Positions 1 to 9,260 of a DNA stretch of 29,203 nt are shown one piece after another. The position numbers were made by a program, and so were the translations under genes. Below the pieces are notes generated by a model, which was not told the DNA's origin, did not search any database, and saw only the letters and a list, made by a program, of their open reading frames with translations. This DNA comes from a virus (Duplodnaviria; Caudoviricetes), in the IMG/VR virus record IMGVR_UViG_3300030372_001086, positions 1 to 29,203 of that record; one strand, 5' to 3'. Position 1 is the first letter of the stretch; every line of letters starts with the position of its first letter.

Positions 1-455
1 TCCTCATCTTCTACTTCTTCCTCTTCAGGTTCTTCTTCTGAATCAGATGGAGTAAGACCCTCTTCTTCTTCTATCTTTTTGATCTGAGCTTCGACAAAAC
101 TAGTATCTACCTTACGAGGAATAGCCATAACATAGTCTATCTCTGCTTTTTTAGCTACAGCCTCTAATACTCTACCTATTTCTGGTGTTAGCAAAAGAGC
201 TACATCATAACTAATAAGACCACTAGCAGTCATGTTATTAACTATAGTATTAGTAATACCTTCTATCGGCAATCCTTCATCCATGCAAAATACTATTCTG
301 TCGTAGTTATCTCCTTTAGCCAATACATCTATAAAATGTTGAAAGGCTTCAGTAGGCAAGGTTATCCTTGGTGGTTTCTGCCATTTAGCAGTACCAACTT
401 CTTCTGTAAAAGAAGATCCTGCTATAGGCCCATCTCCTAAAAATTCATTTAACAT
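1..455 (-). CDS. Hypothetical protein, 3'-truncated by window edge (MLNEFLGDGPIAGSSFTEEVGTAKWQKPP...), acidic distal part; probably virion-associated
   Basis: Not in ORF track; translated by hand. ATG at 455-453 with GGAGG upstream; frame open to position 1; follows the 107-aa ORF in the same operon. Confidence 0.8.
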   Translation of the reverse strand, partial: MLNEFLGDGPIAGSSFTEEVGTAKWQKPPRITLPTEAFQHFIDVLAKGDNYDRIVFCMDEGLPIEGITNTIVNNMTASGLISYDVALLLTPEIGRVLEAVAKKAEIDYVMAIPRKVDTSFVEAQIKKIEEEEGLTPSDSEEEPEEEEVEDE

Positions 456-468
456 ACTCTACTACCTC

Positions 469-792
469 CTACGTTATCGAACCCTGCTTAATAGCACCGT
501 ATTCTCCAACCTGTGTTCCTTTTTCTGGATCTAGTCTATCTGCAACTAACTTAGCTTTGGCTACCATCTGATAATAATCATACATTTCTGCACTAGCAGG
601 AGTAGGTTTAGAACCTCTACCTGTACTAGGTTGGCTCATTCCTATAGAACTAGTTTTAAATCCACTAGCAGATAGACTTTGTTTTGCAAAATCTTCAGGA
701 GTTGCTTTTCTGGATTTGCCTTTACTACCAAATATTTTACCTAGTGCTTTAAAGCCTAGACTTACTGCCATGCTTGTTGGATCAGCTACCAT
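469..792 (-). CDS. Hypothetical protein (107 aa), possible small internal virion protein
   Basis: Start overlaps the upstream stop (TAATG); amphipathic N-terminus (SLGFKALGKIFG). Confidence 0.75.
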   Translation of the reverse strand: MVADPTSMAVSLGFKALGKIFGSKGKSRKATPEDFAKQSLSASGFKTSSIGMSQPSTGRGSKPTPASAEMYDYYQMVAKAKLVADRLDPEKGTQVGEYGAIKQGSIT

Positions 793-2798
793 TATATTAC
801 TCCTGTATCTCCTGCTAATATATCTGAATCTATAAAGTTAAAATCTGTACCCATATCAACATCTGTATCACCACCACTAAAGAAGTCTTTAACACCGTCT
901 ACTAAGTCATCACCAAACTCCTGACCTAGACCTGATACAACATCAAATGCTAAAGCACCTACCTTACTAGAGAAAGCAGCATCTGCATTCTTACCATAAA
1001 TAAACGAGGCATAAGCAACTTTCTTAGCATACTGATCATTGTCACGAGCAGTAGTTCTAGCCCAGAACTCATTATCTCTAAACTGTTGCCAACGATTGTT
1101 TAGTGCAGTCTGGCTCATGTTAAATCTATTCATGACATTCATCTGGTTAGCAGCATTCTGTAGTGCAGTATTCTGAGTATTAATCTGTCTACGCCATACA
1201 GCATTAGATTGATCTATAAGTATACTATTCTTAGTATTAAACTGCTCTCTCTGGTTCTCTAGATTAGCATTGAACTGAGCCATTGTATTTGTCTGTCCAG
1301 CATTAAACTGAGCTATAGCATTCTGTTGTTGTGCATTGAACTTACTTGTCTCATTAAACAGTCCTGCAAAGAACTGGTCATTCTGTTGCTCACTAGATGC
1401 ATTAAACTGTTTGGATGAGTTAATAGCAGACTGATCATTAAACAGAGCCTGTACTCTTTGTTGAGAATTAAATACTCTGGTCTGTTGTTCATTGTTTAAG
1501 TTTTGTATATCTAGTTGTAATGTCTGTTGTGAGTTTAGCACTTCTGCTTGTTGTCTGTTATTTAAGTTAGCTTGTTGGAATGCAGCGAATGTCTGAGCAT
1601 CAGCAGCAGCTATAGGTGTAGCAGCTTCCATAGCAGCATTAAGTATAGCTTCTCCTGCCATTGTAGATGCACCCATACCTCGTGCTGCTAGTCTTTGTTC
1701 AGCTAAACGTATAGATGGTGCAGCCCATGATGGTATTTCACCACCATCAAACTGAGCAGTAAGAGATGCTAACTGACCCTGTACCGTTGATTGAGTGTCA
1801 ACTTGTTCTTGTTGGGCTGTTACGAAATCTCTTAGATCAGCTTGTTGTGCTGCTTGTATATTCTGTTGCTGTACCTGATCAAACATTTGAGTAGCTTGAA
1901 AGTTAGCAGGTCCAGTTTTAGGTTGAGCAGTTGCTTGTTGTACATTCTGCACTGTTTGCGTAGGTGCGAATGTGGATCTAGGGTCCAGTTGATAATTCTG
2001 TTTATTAAGCAACTCCTCTGGTTGTACTTGTTGCATTGTAGGTTTAAATATTGTACCACCTGTAGTAGGTGCAGTTCTTCCTTCAAATTTACCAAAAGTA
2101 TCATAATGTTGTTGAGCAGATGTAAAATCTCCTCTTTGTATAGCTTGAGCAACATCTGGATTTGCATCCATGTAACCTTGTTGGTCTAGTGTTCCTTGTA
2201 TTAATGTAGGATTAGTTGCCATCTGTGCCTGTTGGCCTTGAGCAGTTTGTTGACCATAAGCATCTACGTTACCTAGATTAGTGCCTTGGGCAGTTCTAAA
2301 TGCAGTAGCTCTACTAGGATCATCAAATGCACCTTTAAATCCTATATCTCTATCTGTTTGTCTTTGTTGTAAAGTAGTTAAAGCAGATTGTAATTGATCT
2401 CTATTACCTGTAGCATTAAAATCTCTTAGTTGTTGTGCAGTAAGGTTAAAATCACCACCCATTAGATCTTGACGAATATTGCCTTGAGCATCTACATAAT
2501 TAGCTAACTGAGTATTAAACTGCTCATCTCGTAATTGCTCTGGAGTTTTAGGTGGTGGAGGAGCATTAGGATCAGGTGGAGCATCTACAAATACATTTAA
2601 TTTAGTAGTTGGATCGATAGCTCTTACTTTTCCTTGTGGAACTTCTGCTCCAATACCCAAATAGTTTTCTGGTACATTTATTCCTGCATTTTCCAGTTCT
2701 TGAGGAGAAGCTGTACGAAACTCACCGTCACTACCATAACTAGGATCAAATATTACATATTGTCCTGATTGTATATCTATATCACCTGCTTTTGCCAT
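792..2798 (-). CDS. Gln/Asn/Ala-rich internal virion (ejection/pilot-type) protein, 668 aa
   Basis: Long QFNA-type helical repeats; RBS GGAG upstream; lies after the tail genes. Function is inferred from position and composition. Confidence 0.65.
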   Translation of the reverse strand: MAKAGDIDIQSGQYVIFDPSYGSDGEFRTASPQELENAGINVPENYLGIGAEVPQGKVRAIDPTTKLNVFVDAPPDPNAPPPPKTPEQLRDEQFNTQLANYVDAQGNIRQDLMGGDFNLTAQQLRDFNATGNRDQLQSALTTLQQRQTDRDIGFKGAFDDPSRATAFRTAQGTNLGNVDAYGQQTAQGQQAQMATNPTLIQGTLDQQGYMDANPDVAQAIQRGDFTSAQQHYDTFGKFEGRTAPTTGGTIFKPTMQQVQPEELLNKQNYQLDPRSTFAPTQTVQNVQQATAQPKTGPANFQATQMFDQVQQQNIQAAQQADLRDFVTAQQEQVDTQSTVQGQLASLTAQFDGGEIPSWAAPSIRLAEQRLAARGMGASTMAGEAILNAAMEAATPIAAADAQTFAAFQQANLNNRQQAEVLNSQQTLQLDIQNLNNEQQTRVFNSQQRVQALFNDQSAINSSKQFNASSEQQNDQFFAGLFNETSKFNAQQQNAIAQFNAGQTNTMAQFNANLENQREQFNTKNSILIDQSNAVWRRQINTQNTALQNAANQMNVMNRFNMSQTALNNRWQQFRDNEFWARTTARDNDQYAKKVAYASFIYGKNADAAFSSKVGALAFDVVSGLGQEFGDDLVDGVKDFFSGGDTDVDMGTDFNFIDSDILAGDTGVI

Positions 2799-2810
2799 CT
2801 TATACTCCTA

Positions 2811-3887
2811 TTAAACTGGACTTCTTGTAGGTCCAAACCCGACTTGATCTCTAGGATCTACTGCAACAGGACCAGTTGGACCCATCATACCTCCACCTTG
2901 AGGTGCAAATGATCTAAGATTTTGACCTGCAATCTGTGCTGCCTGACTTGCTTGTTGTGTTTGTGGTGCTTGTGGTGCTTGTGGTGCTACTTGACGAGCC
3001 ATCATACCTTGTTGCCTTGCCATTGCCTGTTGTTCTGCCATTCTATTAGTTTGCGCTCCAACAGTTCTTAATTGATCTTCTAACTGCTCACGAGTAGTCA
3101 TACCTATTTCTCTACCTTGCGCTCTCTGACCTTCAGCAGCTAATTGATATTGTCTTTGTGCGCTCTCAAAGTCACTAAGATCACCAGTTAATGTAGTTAG
3201 ATCTCTACCTAATCCTTGAACACCACTTGTAATACCTGCCTGACCTTGACCTAGTGCCATCTGACCACCAAATAATGTTTGAGGTTGGTTTTCACTAGCT
3301 ACACCAATAGCACCACCGATAGCTTGTTGACCTTCTCCTAGTGCCTGTTGTCCACCCATGATACCCTGTTGACCTGCTGCTAGTGCAGTCTGACCTTCAC
3401 CTAATGTAGTTTGACCTTCTGCAAGAACACCTTGACCAGTACCTAGAGTTTGTTGACCAGTCATAAGATCCTGTTGTGCTGACATAAGACCTTCTGGAAT
3501 TTGTTGAGCATATATTCCTGTTGCTTCTTGAGTGATATTACCTTCTTCATCTCTAAGTTCAGGAACACCTACAAACCCTTGAATACGATTATAGTCTACT
3601 TCTGGCCCTACTTGAGTAACATTAGTGGTACTACCTCCACCTCCTTGTGTAGCTCTAATTCTTGCTAAATCACTAGCAGAAAGATTCATTGTTCTAGGTT
3701 CTTCAGGAGTTTCTGGAACAACAGGTGCTAAAGCTCTACCCTCTTTCTGTCCAAATATTCTATAATGTTCTGCTCCCGATGATATAGTACCTGCTCTTAC
3801 AGCTTCTGCAACATCTGGATTAGCATCTAAATAATTTTTTTCAGCTATTTGTTCGTTTAATGTAGGATTTCCAAATTGATCTGGCAT
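2811..3887 (-). CDS. Gln/Gly-rich coiled-coil protein (358 aa), putative internal virion protein
   Basis: GQxxLxx heptads; N-terminal YLDANPDV...HY...EGR module; RBS GAGG upstream. Confidence 0.6.
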   Translation of the reverse strand: MPDQFGNPTLNEQIAEKNYLDANPDVAEAVRAGTISSGAEHYRIFGQKEGRALAPVVPETPEEPRTMNLSASDLARIRATQGGGGSTTNVTQVGPEVDYNRIQGFVGVPELRDEEGNITQEATGIYAQQIPEGLMSAQQDLMTGQQTLGTGQGVLAEGQTTLGEGQTALAAGQQGIMGGQQALGEGQQAIGGAIGVASENQPQTLFGGQMALGQGQAGITSGVQGLGRDLTTLTGDLSDFESAQRQYQLAAEGQRAQGREIGMTTREQLEDQLRTVGAQTNRMAEQQAMARQQGMMARQVAPQAPQAPQTQQASQAAQIAGQNLRSFAPQGGGMMGPTGPVAVDPRDQVGFGPTRSPV

Positions 3888-3900
3888 ATTACTTTCCTCT

Positions 3901-5685
3901 CTATCCTTTTACTATAATCTCTGTTGCAGATATTGCAGTTCCAGCTATTACACTAGGACTATCTGCACTTGTTCCTAACGTACCATCAGTCTGTACATAA
4001 TATGTCTGACCTGCTGTTAGACCTGATTGATGTTTGTTTACTGTGCCTACTACATCTATCTCTGCAAAACTTTCTTCTATGGTAATTACATTACCCATAC
4101 CATTACCGTGTACAGTACAATAATACTGACTTGGCTCTGTTGCATCTATAGGTACGACAATAGTTACGTTAGCACCTGAAGTTCCTGCTGTACCTGTAAC
4201 AGTTACGCCACTAGTATATTGACTTCCTCCTGTATCTTTAAAATGAAATGGATGACCATCATTAGTACCATCAGCCTGATCAAATATGTATGTATGACCT
4301 CTTAGTAATTGTATTGGTGGATTTGCTAAACCATTTAAGTAGAATACACCAGAGGCTACTGTTACTGTATATGTTTCTGTAGCACCATGAAATGAACAGG
4401 CATTAGATAATCCTATGTAACCTTCTGATGTAGATGCTGTTAGGTTTGTTTCTGATGTGCTTATAACTACAGCAGTACCATAGTTACTATTACTACCATC
4501 TACATATGTTGCAACTACTCTATTGCTATTACTGTCAAAAACTGATCCTCTACCTATATAAGTAGTGTATGCACTATTAGAAGTATAAACAAAAGCAGTT
4601 CCAAAAGAAATAGACGTACCTGATACAGTGCCTACAATTGCTGTTCCTGCATATGAAGAACCATTATTAGCATGAACTACAAGCACTTTATTAGAACTAC
4701 TATCAAAAGTAGCTGATAAATAACTAGAGGTATAACTAGTTGCAAATGTAACAGGAGTTCCGAAAGTTATATTTGTGCCAGATACTGTGCCTATGACTAC
4801 TGTTCCATAATTTGTACCATCAACATTATTATCTACATAAGGAATAACTACTTTATTACTGTTGCTATCAAATGCAAGATCTCCTACTTGGTTGTTATTA
4901 TTTTCAAAAACAGCAGGGGTTCCAAATGAGATAGACGTACCACTTACAGTACCTACAATAGCTGTTCCTGCATCATTAGCATCAGATGCATTACGATAAG
5001 CCGTGACTGTTTTATTAGCATTACTATCAAAAATTGTTGATGGATTAACTACTGAACCACTTAAAAATACTACAGGCGTTCCAAAACTAACACTCGTACC
5101 ACTAACTGTAGCAACAACTGCTGTTCCATAACTACTATTACCAGAATCTTTATATGTTATAACTACTTTATTATTACTACTATCAAAAGCTGTTGTAACA
5201 TATTCTACAGCACCAGTTTCAAAAACAGCCTCACTTCCAAAAGATATACTAGTTCCAGAAACAGTAGCGACAATTGCCGTTCCTTTATTACTATTACCAC
5301 TATCAGCATACGCAATAACTACTTTATTATTACTACTATCAAATACAGAACTTACAGCATTAGTAGAAGCACTTGCAAATACAGCAGGAGTACCAAAACT
5401 TATAGAATTATCTGAAGCATCAACAGTTCCTACAATAGCAGTACCGTAATTGCTGTTTCCCCCATCTTTATAGGCAATAACAATTTTATTACTATTGCTG
5501 TCAAAAGTTACCCCAACAGCACTATCAAATGTAGTTGCACTTTCAAATACAACAGGTGTTCCTGCTGCTGATGAACTTGAAGATGTAGTTTTAGTTACTT
5601 CACTAACAGTACCAGCACTATTAACTAATACAGGCTTACCATTTGCTATTGTGCCAGTTGGAACAGCTTTGTATCTACCAGACAT
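3901..5685 (-). CDS. Repeat (beta-propeller-like) tail fibre/receptor-binding protein, paralogue 3, with cupredoxin-like insert (594 aa)
   Basis: About seven ~50-aa FDSNSNKVVIAY-xD-GNSNYGTAIVGTVSGTSISFGTPVVF repeats; C-terminus shared with two paralogues; H...CxxH-xxxM insert. Confidence 0.7.
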   Translation of the reverse strand: MSGRYKAVPTGTIANGKPVLVNSAGTVSEVTKTTSSSSSAAGTPVVFESATTFDSAVGVTFDSNSNKIVIAYKDGGNSNYGTAIVGTVDASDNSISFGTPAVFASASTNAVSSVFDSSNNKVVIAYADSGNSNKGTAIVATVSGTSISFGSEAVFETGAVEYVTTAFDSSNNKVVITYKDSGNSSYGTAVVATVSGTSVSFGTPVVFLSGSVVNPSTIFDSNANKTVTAYRNASDANDAGTAIVGTVSGTSISFGTPAVFENNNNQVGDLAFDSNSNKVVIPYVDNNVDGTNYGTVVIGTVSGTNITFGTPVTFATSYTSSYLSATFDSSSNKVLVVHANNGSSYAGTAIVGTVSGTSISFGTAFVYTSNSAYTTYIGRGSVFDSNSNRVVATYVDGSNSNYGTAVVISTSETNLTASTSEGYIGLSNACSFHGATETYTVTVASGVFYLNGLANPPIQLLRGHTYIFDQADGTNDGHPFHFKDTGGSQYTSGVTVTGTAGTSGANVTIVVPIDATEPSQYYCTVHGNGMGNVITIEESFAEIDVVGTVNKHQSGLTAGQTYYVQTDGTLGTSADSPSVIAGTAISATEIIVKG

Positions 5686-5690
5686 ATCTG

Positions 5691-7145
5691 TTACCCTTTC
5701 ACAATCAGTTTAGTTGCAGTTACCGCAGTACCAGCTACGACTGAAGGATCATCTGCTGATGTACCTAGCGTACCATCTGTCTGTACAAAATACTGTTGGG
5801 CTGGTGTTAAGCTACTCTGGTTTTCATCGATAGCACCTTTAGTATTCACCGTAACAGGTTGCCCAGTAGCTACTGTATCTTCTGCAAAGCCTATGAAGTT
5901 TTCTGATGTTATGTTTGTTGCTACAGCAGGTCTTAAAACTATTGCTTTTCCTTCTTGACTTGCACCACGATAAGTTATGACTGATCTATTTGCACTGCTA
6001 TCAAACAAAGCAAAAGTATAATCAGTTCCAGCAGTTTCAAATACAGCAGCTGATCCGAAACTAATACTTGTACTACTAACAGTACCTATAATATATGTAC
6101 CATAGTTAGAGTTTCCTTCATCTCGATAACTAATAATTACCTTATTAACATTACTATTAAAACTTGCAGAAGTGTAAGATACATCAGCATTTTCAAACTC
6201 TACAGGCGTTCCAAAAGTTATATCTGTACCAGATACTGTGCCTACAACTGCAAATCCATCATTACCTTCTCCTCCTGCCATGTATGAAAACACAACCTTG
6301 TTAGAGTTACTATCAAAAGTAGCACCTATATATCTAGGTTGTGCGCTAGTATGAAATGTAGCTACAGTACCCCAACTAATACTTGTGCCACTTACAGTAC
6401 CTACATAAGACTGACCGTGATTACTAGCACCCCTTAACGCAGCAACAACTTTATTATTAGAACTGTCAAAAGTAATAGCAAAGTAACTATAATTTGAGCT
6501 TACGATTACAACAGCAGTTCCAAAAGAGATAGAAGTACCTGATACAGTTCCTACGATGGAGGTAAAATAATAACTGTTACCAGCATCTTTATAAATAATA
6601 ACAACTTTATTTGAGTTACTATCAAATGTAACATTAATATTATAAGTACCACCAGCTTCAAACTCAGTAGCAGAACCAAAACTTATTGAGTTATCAGATG
6701 AATCTACTGTTCCAACTATCGCTTTTCCTTTAACACTGTCGCTACTGTCAGACCACACTATAACTACTTTATTGCTATTGCTATCAAATGTAGCTTTAAT
6801 ATCAACAGTTCCAGTACTAGCACTTACAAATACAACAGGTGTTCCAAAACTAATGCTATTATCAGAAGCATTTACTGTTCCTACAGCAACCGTACCATAG
6901 TTACTGTTACCATTATCTCTGTAAACTGCTACTACTCTATTACTATTACTATCAAAGGTAGATGAACCATATGGAGAATTTCCAGTTTCATAAACTACAG
7001 CAGTACCTAATGCTTCTGTAGTTTCACTAATTTGCGTAACAGTACCATCAGTATTCACAACTACAGGCTTACCTCCAGTAATAGCACCAGAGGCTGTTGC
7101 TTGTGTCTGCCTAGATAATTGTGGGTTATTACCAACGATACGCAT
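5691..7145 (-). CDS. Repeat (beta-propeller-like) tail fibre/receptor-binding protein, paralogue 2 (484 aa)
   Basis: Same ~50-aa repeats and VQTDGTLGTSADDPSV..GTA...IVKG C-terminus. Confidence 0.7.
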   Translation of the reverse strand: MRIVGNNPQLSRQTQATASGAITGGKPVVVNTDGTVTQISETTEALGTAVVYETGNSPYGSSTFDSNSNRVVAVYRDNGNSNYGTVAVGTVNASDNSISFGTPVVFVSASTGTVDIKATFDSNSNKVVIVWSDSSDSVKGKAIVGTVDSSDNSISFGSATEFEAGGTYNINVTFDSNSNKVVIIYKDAGNSYYFTSIVGTVSGTSISFGTAVVIVSSNYSYFAITFDSSNNKVVAALRGASNHGQSYVGTVSGTSISWGTVATFHTSAQPRYIGATFDSNSNKVVFSYMAGGEGNDGFAVVGTVSGTDITFGTPVEFENADVSYTSASFNSNVNKVIISYRDEGNSNYGTYIIGTVSSTSISFGSAAVFETAGTDYTFALFDSSANRSVITYRGASQEGKAIVLRPAVATNITSENFIGFAEDTVATGQPVTVNTKGAIDENQSSLTPAQQYFVQTDGTLGTSADDPSVVAGTAVTATKLIVKG

Positions 7146-7153
7146 AGTAATCC

Positions 7154-7411
7154 TTACTCAGCGTTAGGATCTACCCAATCGGAATTGTTAGTCCAACTGG
7201 TTCCATCAAAGAAGTGTTTGTTACCTGACCATCCATCAGGTGCTGTAACATCTTCGTGCATTGTTGCATTGCTATTGTTAAGATCCGCTATATAGAAATC
7301 TACTGGATTACTACCAACAGTGATCATGTCAGATCCCATAGTTACTGGTTTATCATCAGCGAATACATATTTACTTAGTTTAGTTGAGTTCTCTACTATT
7401 GTCTTAGCCAT
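7154..7411 (-). CDS. Small tail-associated protein, possible fibre assembly chaperone (85 aa)
   Basis: Sits between fibre paralogues; PDGWSGNKHFFDGTSW Trp/Gly motif resembles tail-fibre-assembly-type small proteins. Confidence 0.55.
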   Translation of the reverse strand: MAKTIVENSTKLSKYVFADDKPVTMGSDMITVGSNPVDFYIADLNNSNATMHEDVTAPDGWSGNKHFFDGTSWTNNSDWVDPNAE

Positions 7412-7418
7412 GTGTGTA

Positions 7419-8864
7419 TTATCCTTTCACAATTATATCACTAGCACCTATTGCAGTTCCTGCGATTACTGATGGATCATCTGCGCTAGTACCCAATGTT
7501 CCATCTGTTTGTACAAAGTATTGTTGTCCTATGGTGAGTGTTTGTGAAATGTTTCTAGCAATCGCTCCAGTAATTTTTACGGTAGCTTTTTGTCCATCTG
7601 CATATGCTGCGTTGGCTATACCTATATAGTTTTCTGATGTTAGGTTTAAATCACTTCCACTAAATACAACAGCTTTACCTTTATTACTATCTCCACCATC
7701 TGCATATCCTACAACTACCTTATTACTGTTACTGTCAAATGTTATACCAGGAGTGTTTGGCGCACCATCTTCATATATAATAGCATCTGCTAAAGTAACT
7801 GAATTACCACTTACATTTCCTACTATAAATTTACCTTTTGTATCATCTTGATCTCTATAAGCGATAACTATTTGATTGCGACTAGTATCAAAAGTTGCTC
7901 TTGGATCACTAGGAGTTGATGTTTCATAATTAACAGCAGTTCCAAAGCTACCAATGCTTGTTCCGCTAACTGATCCTACAATTACTGCACCTGCTGAAGC
8001 ACCATTATTAGTATGCGAGATAACTATTGTATTATCATTGCTATTAAAACGAGGTCTATTATGTTGAGATGTATATGATCCAAAAACAACAGGCGTTCCG
8101 AATGAGATACTTGTTCCACTAACCGTTCCCACGATAGCAGTACCATAGCTAGAATTACCTGCATCTCTATATGCTATAACTACTTTGTTACTGTTGCTAT
8201 CAAAAGTTATTCCACAATTTCTTGAATCGGCAGCTTCAAATACAACAGCAGTACCAAAAGAAATACTATTATCTGATGAATCAACAGTGCCAACAATTGC
8301 TGTACCGTGTGCGCTGTTGCCTTGATCACTATAAGCAATTACAACTTTATTAGAATTGCTATCAAAAGTAATCTGACTTTCTTCTGGATATGCACTTTCA
8401 AAAACTACTGGAGTTCCAAAAGAGATAGATGTTCCACTGACCGTTCCTACAACAGCAGTTCCATAATTTGAGTTACTTCCATCAGCATAAGCAATTACGA
8501 TTCTATTACTATTACTATCAAATGTAACATCCTCATAAAAATGATTGCCACTTTCGTAAACTACTTCTGAGCCAAAAGAAATTGATGTACCAGAAACATC
8601 ACCTACAATTGCTGTACCATAATTACTATTAGCAGAGTCTGTGAAAACTATAACAACTTTATTACTATTACTATCAAAGGCAGCACTTGCTGCTCCTGTA
8701 CTAGCAGTTGCAAATACAACAGGAGTTCCTGTTGATGCCGCGCTTCCGCTAATGCCACTAACAGTACCAGTAGAGTTTACAATAACTGGCCCACCATCTG
8801 TTATTGCGCCACTAGCAATAGCTCGTACTTCACCGTCTTCTGCTATGTCACCGACAAATTTCAT
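7419..8864 (-). CDS. Repeat (beta-propeller-like) tail fibre/receptor-binding protein, paralogue 1 (481 aa)
   Basis: Same repeats and termini as 5691-7145. Confidence 0.7.
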   Translation of the reverse strand: MKFVGDIAEDGEVRAIASGAITDGGPVIVNSTGTVSGISGSAASTGTPVVFATASTGAASAAFDSNSNKVVIVFTDSANSNYGTAIVGDVSGTSISFGSEVVYESGNHFYEDVTFDSNSNRIVIAYADGSNSNYGTAVVGTVSGTSISFGTPVVFESAYPEESQITFDSNSNKVVIAYSDQGNSAHGTAIVGTVDSSDNSISFGTAVVFEAADSRNCGITFDSNSNKVVIAYRDAGNSSYGTAIVGTVSGTSISFGTPVVFGSYTSQHNRPRFNSNDNTIVISHTNNGASAGAVIVGSVSGTSIGSFGTAVNYETSTPSDPRATFDTSRNQIVIAYRDQDDTKGKFIVGNVSGNSVTLADAIIYEDGAPNTPGITFDSNSNKVVVGYADGGDSNKGKAVVFSGSDLNLTSENYIGIANAAYADGQKATVKITGAIARNISQTLTIGQQYFVQTDGTLGTSADDPSVIAGTAIGASDIIVKG

Positions 8865-8872
8865 TTTACTTC

Positions 8873-9247
8873 CTATGAAAGTTCTTCGTATGTAACTGTG
8901 TATGTTAAATCGTTAGCTGCACTTGCAGTAACACCAAGAGACTTATCTTCTTCTAAATATAGCCCCTGATCTTTATCTATAATAACTACGAATGAATCTG
9001 CTGGTACTGCTATAGTAGAAGCGATAACTACTGCTGTTCCTGCTAAATCGTCATTCGGATATATTGCTACAGTTACCGTAGCTGCGTTTGTACCATCTAC
9101 GTTAGATATAATGAGGCTGTTTATTTTCATTACCTTACCAGATGATGCAGGATTATTTACAGCATTGACTGCTGAAGTTCCTGTTAATAATGCGGTTGCT
9201 GTCTTTGCAGTAATGGTTGCTACATTGACAATATTAGGTGCTGACAT
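8873..9247 (-). CDS. Small beta-rich structural protein, probable fibre adaptor/connector (124 aa)
   Basis: Strong RBS AAGGAG; beta-sandwich-like sequence directly after the fibre gene ending in GKAIAMAMVFG. Confidence 0.6.
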   Translation of the reverse strand: MSAPNIVNVATITAKTATALLTGTSAVNAVNNPASSGKVMKINSLIISNVDGTNAATVTVAIYPNDDLAGTAVVIASTIAVPADSFVVIIDKDQGLYLEEDKSLGVTASAANDLTYTVTYEELS

Positions 9248-9260
9248 ATTTTATCTCCTT

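Noticed and set aside
3901-8864. Diversity-generating retroelement or invertible fibre cassette
   Set aside because: Differences between paralogue 3' ends are general, largely synonymous changes rather than adenine-specific; no reverse transcriptase or invertase is seen, and all copies share one orientation.
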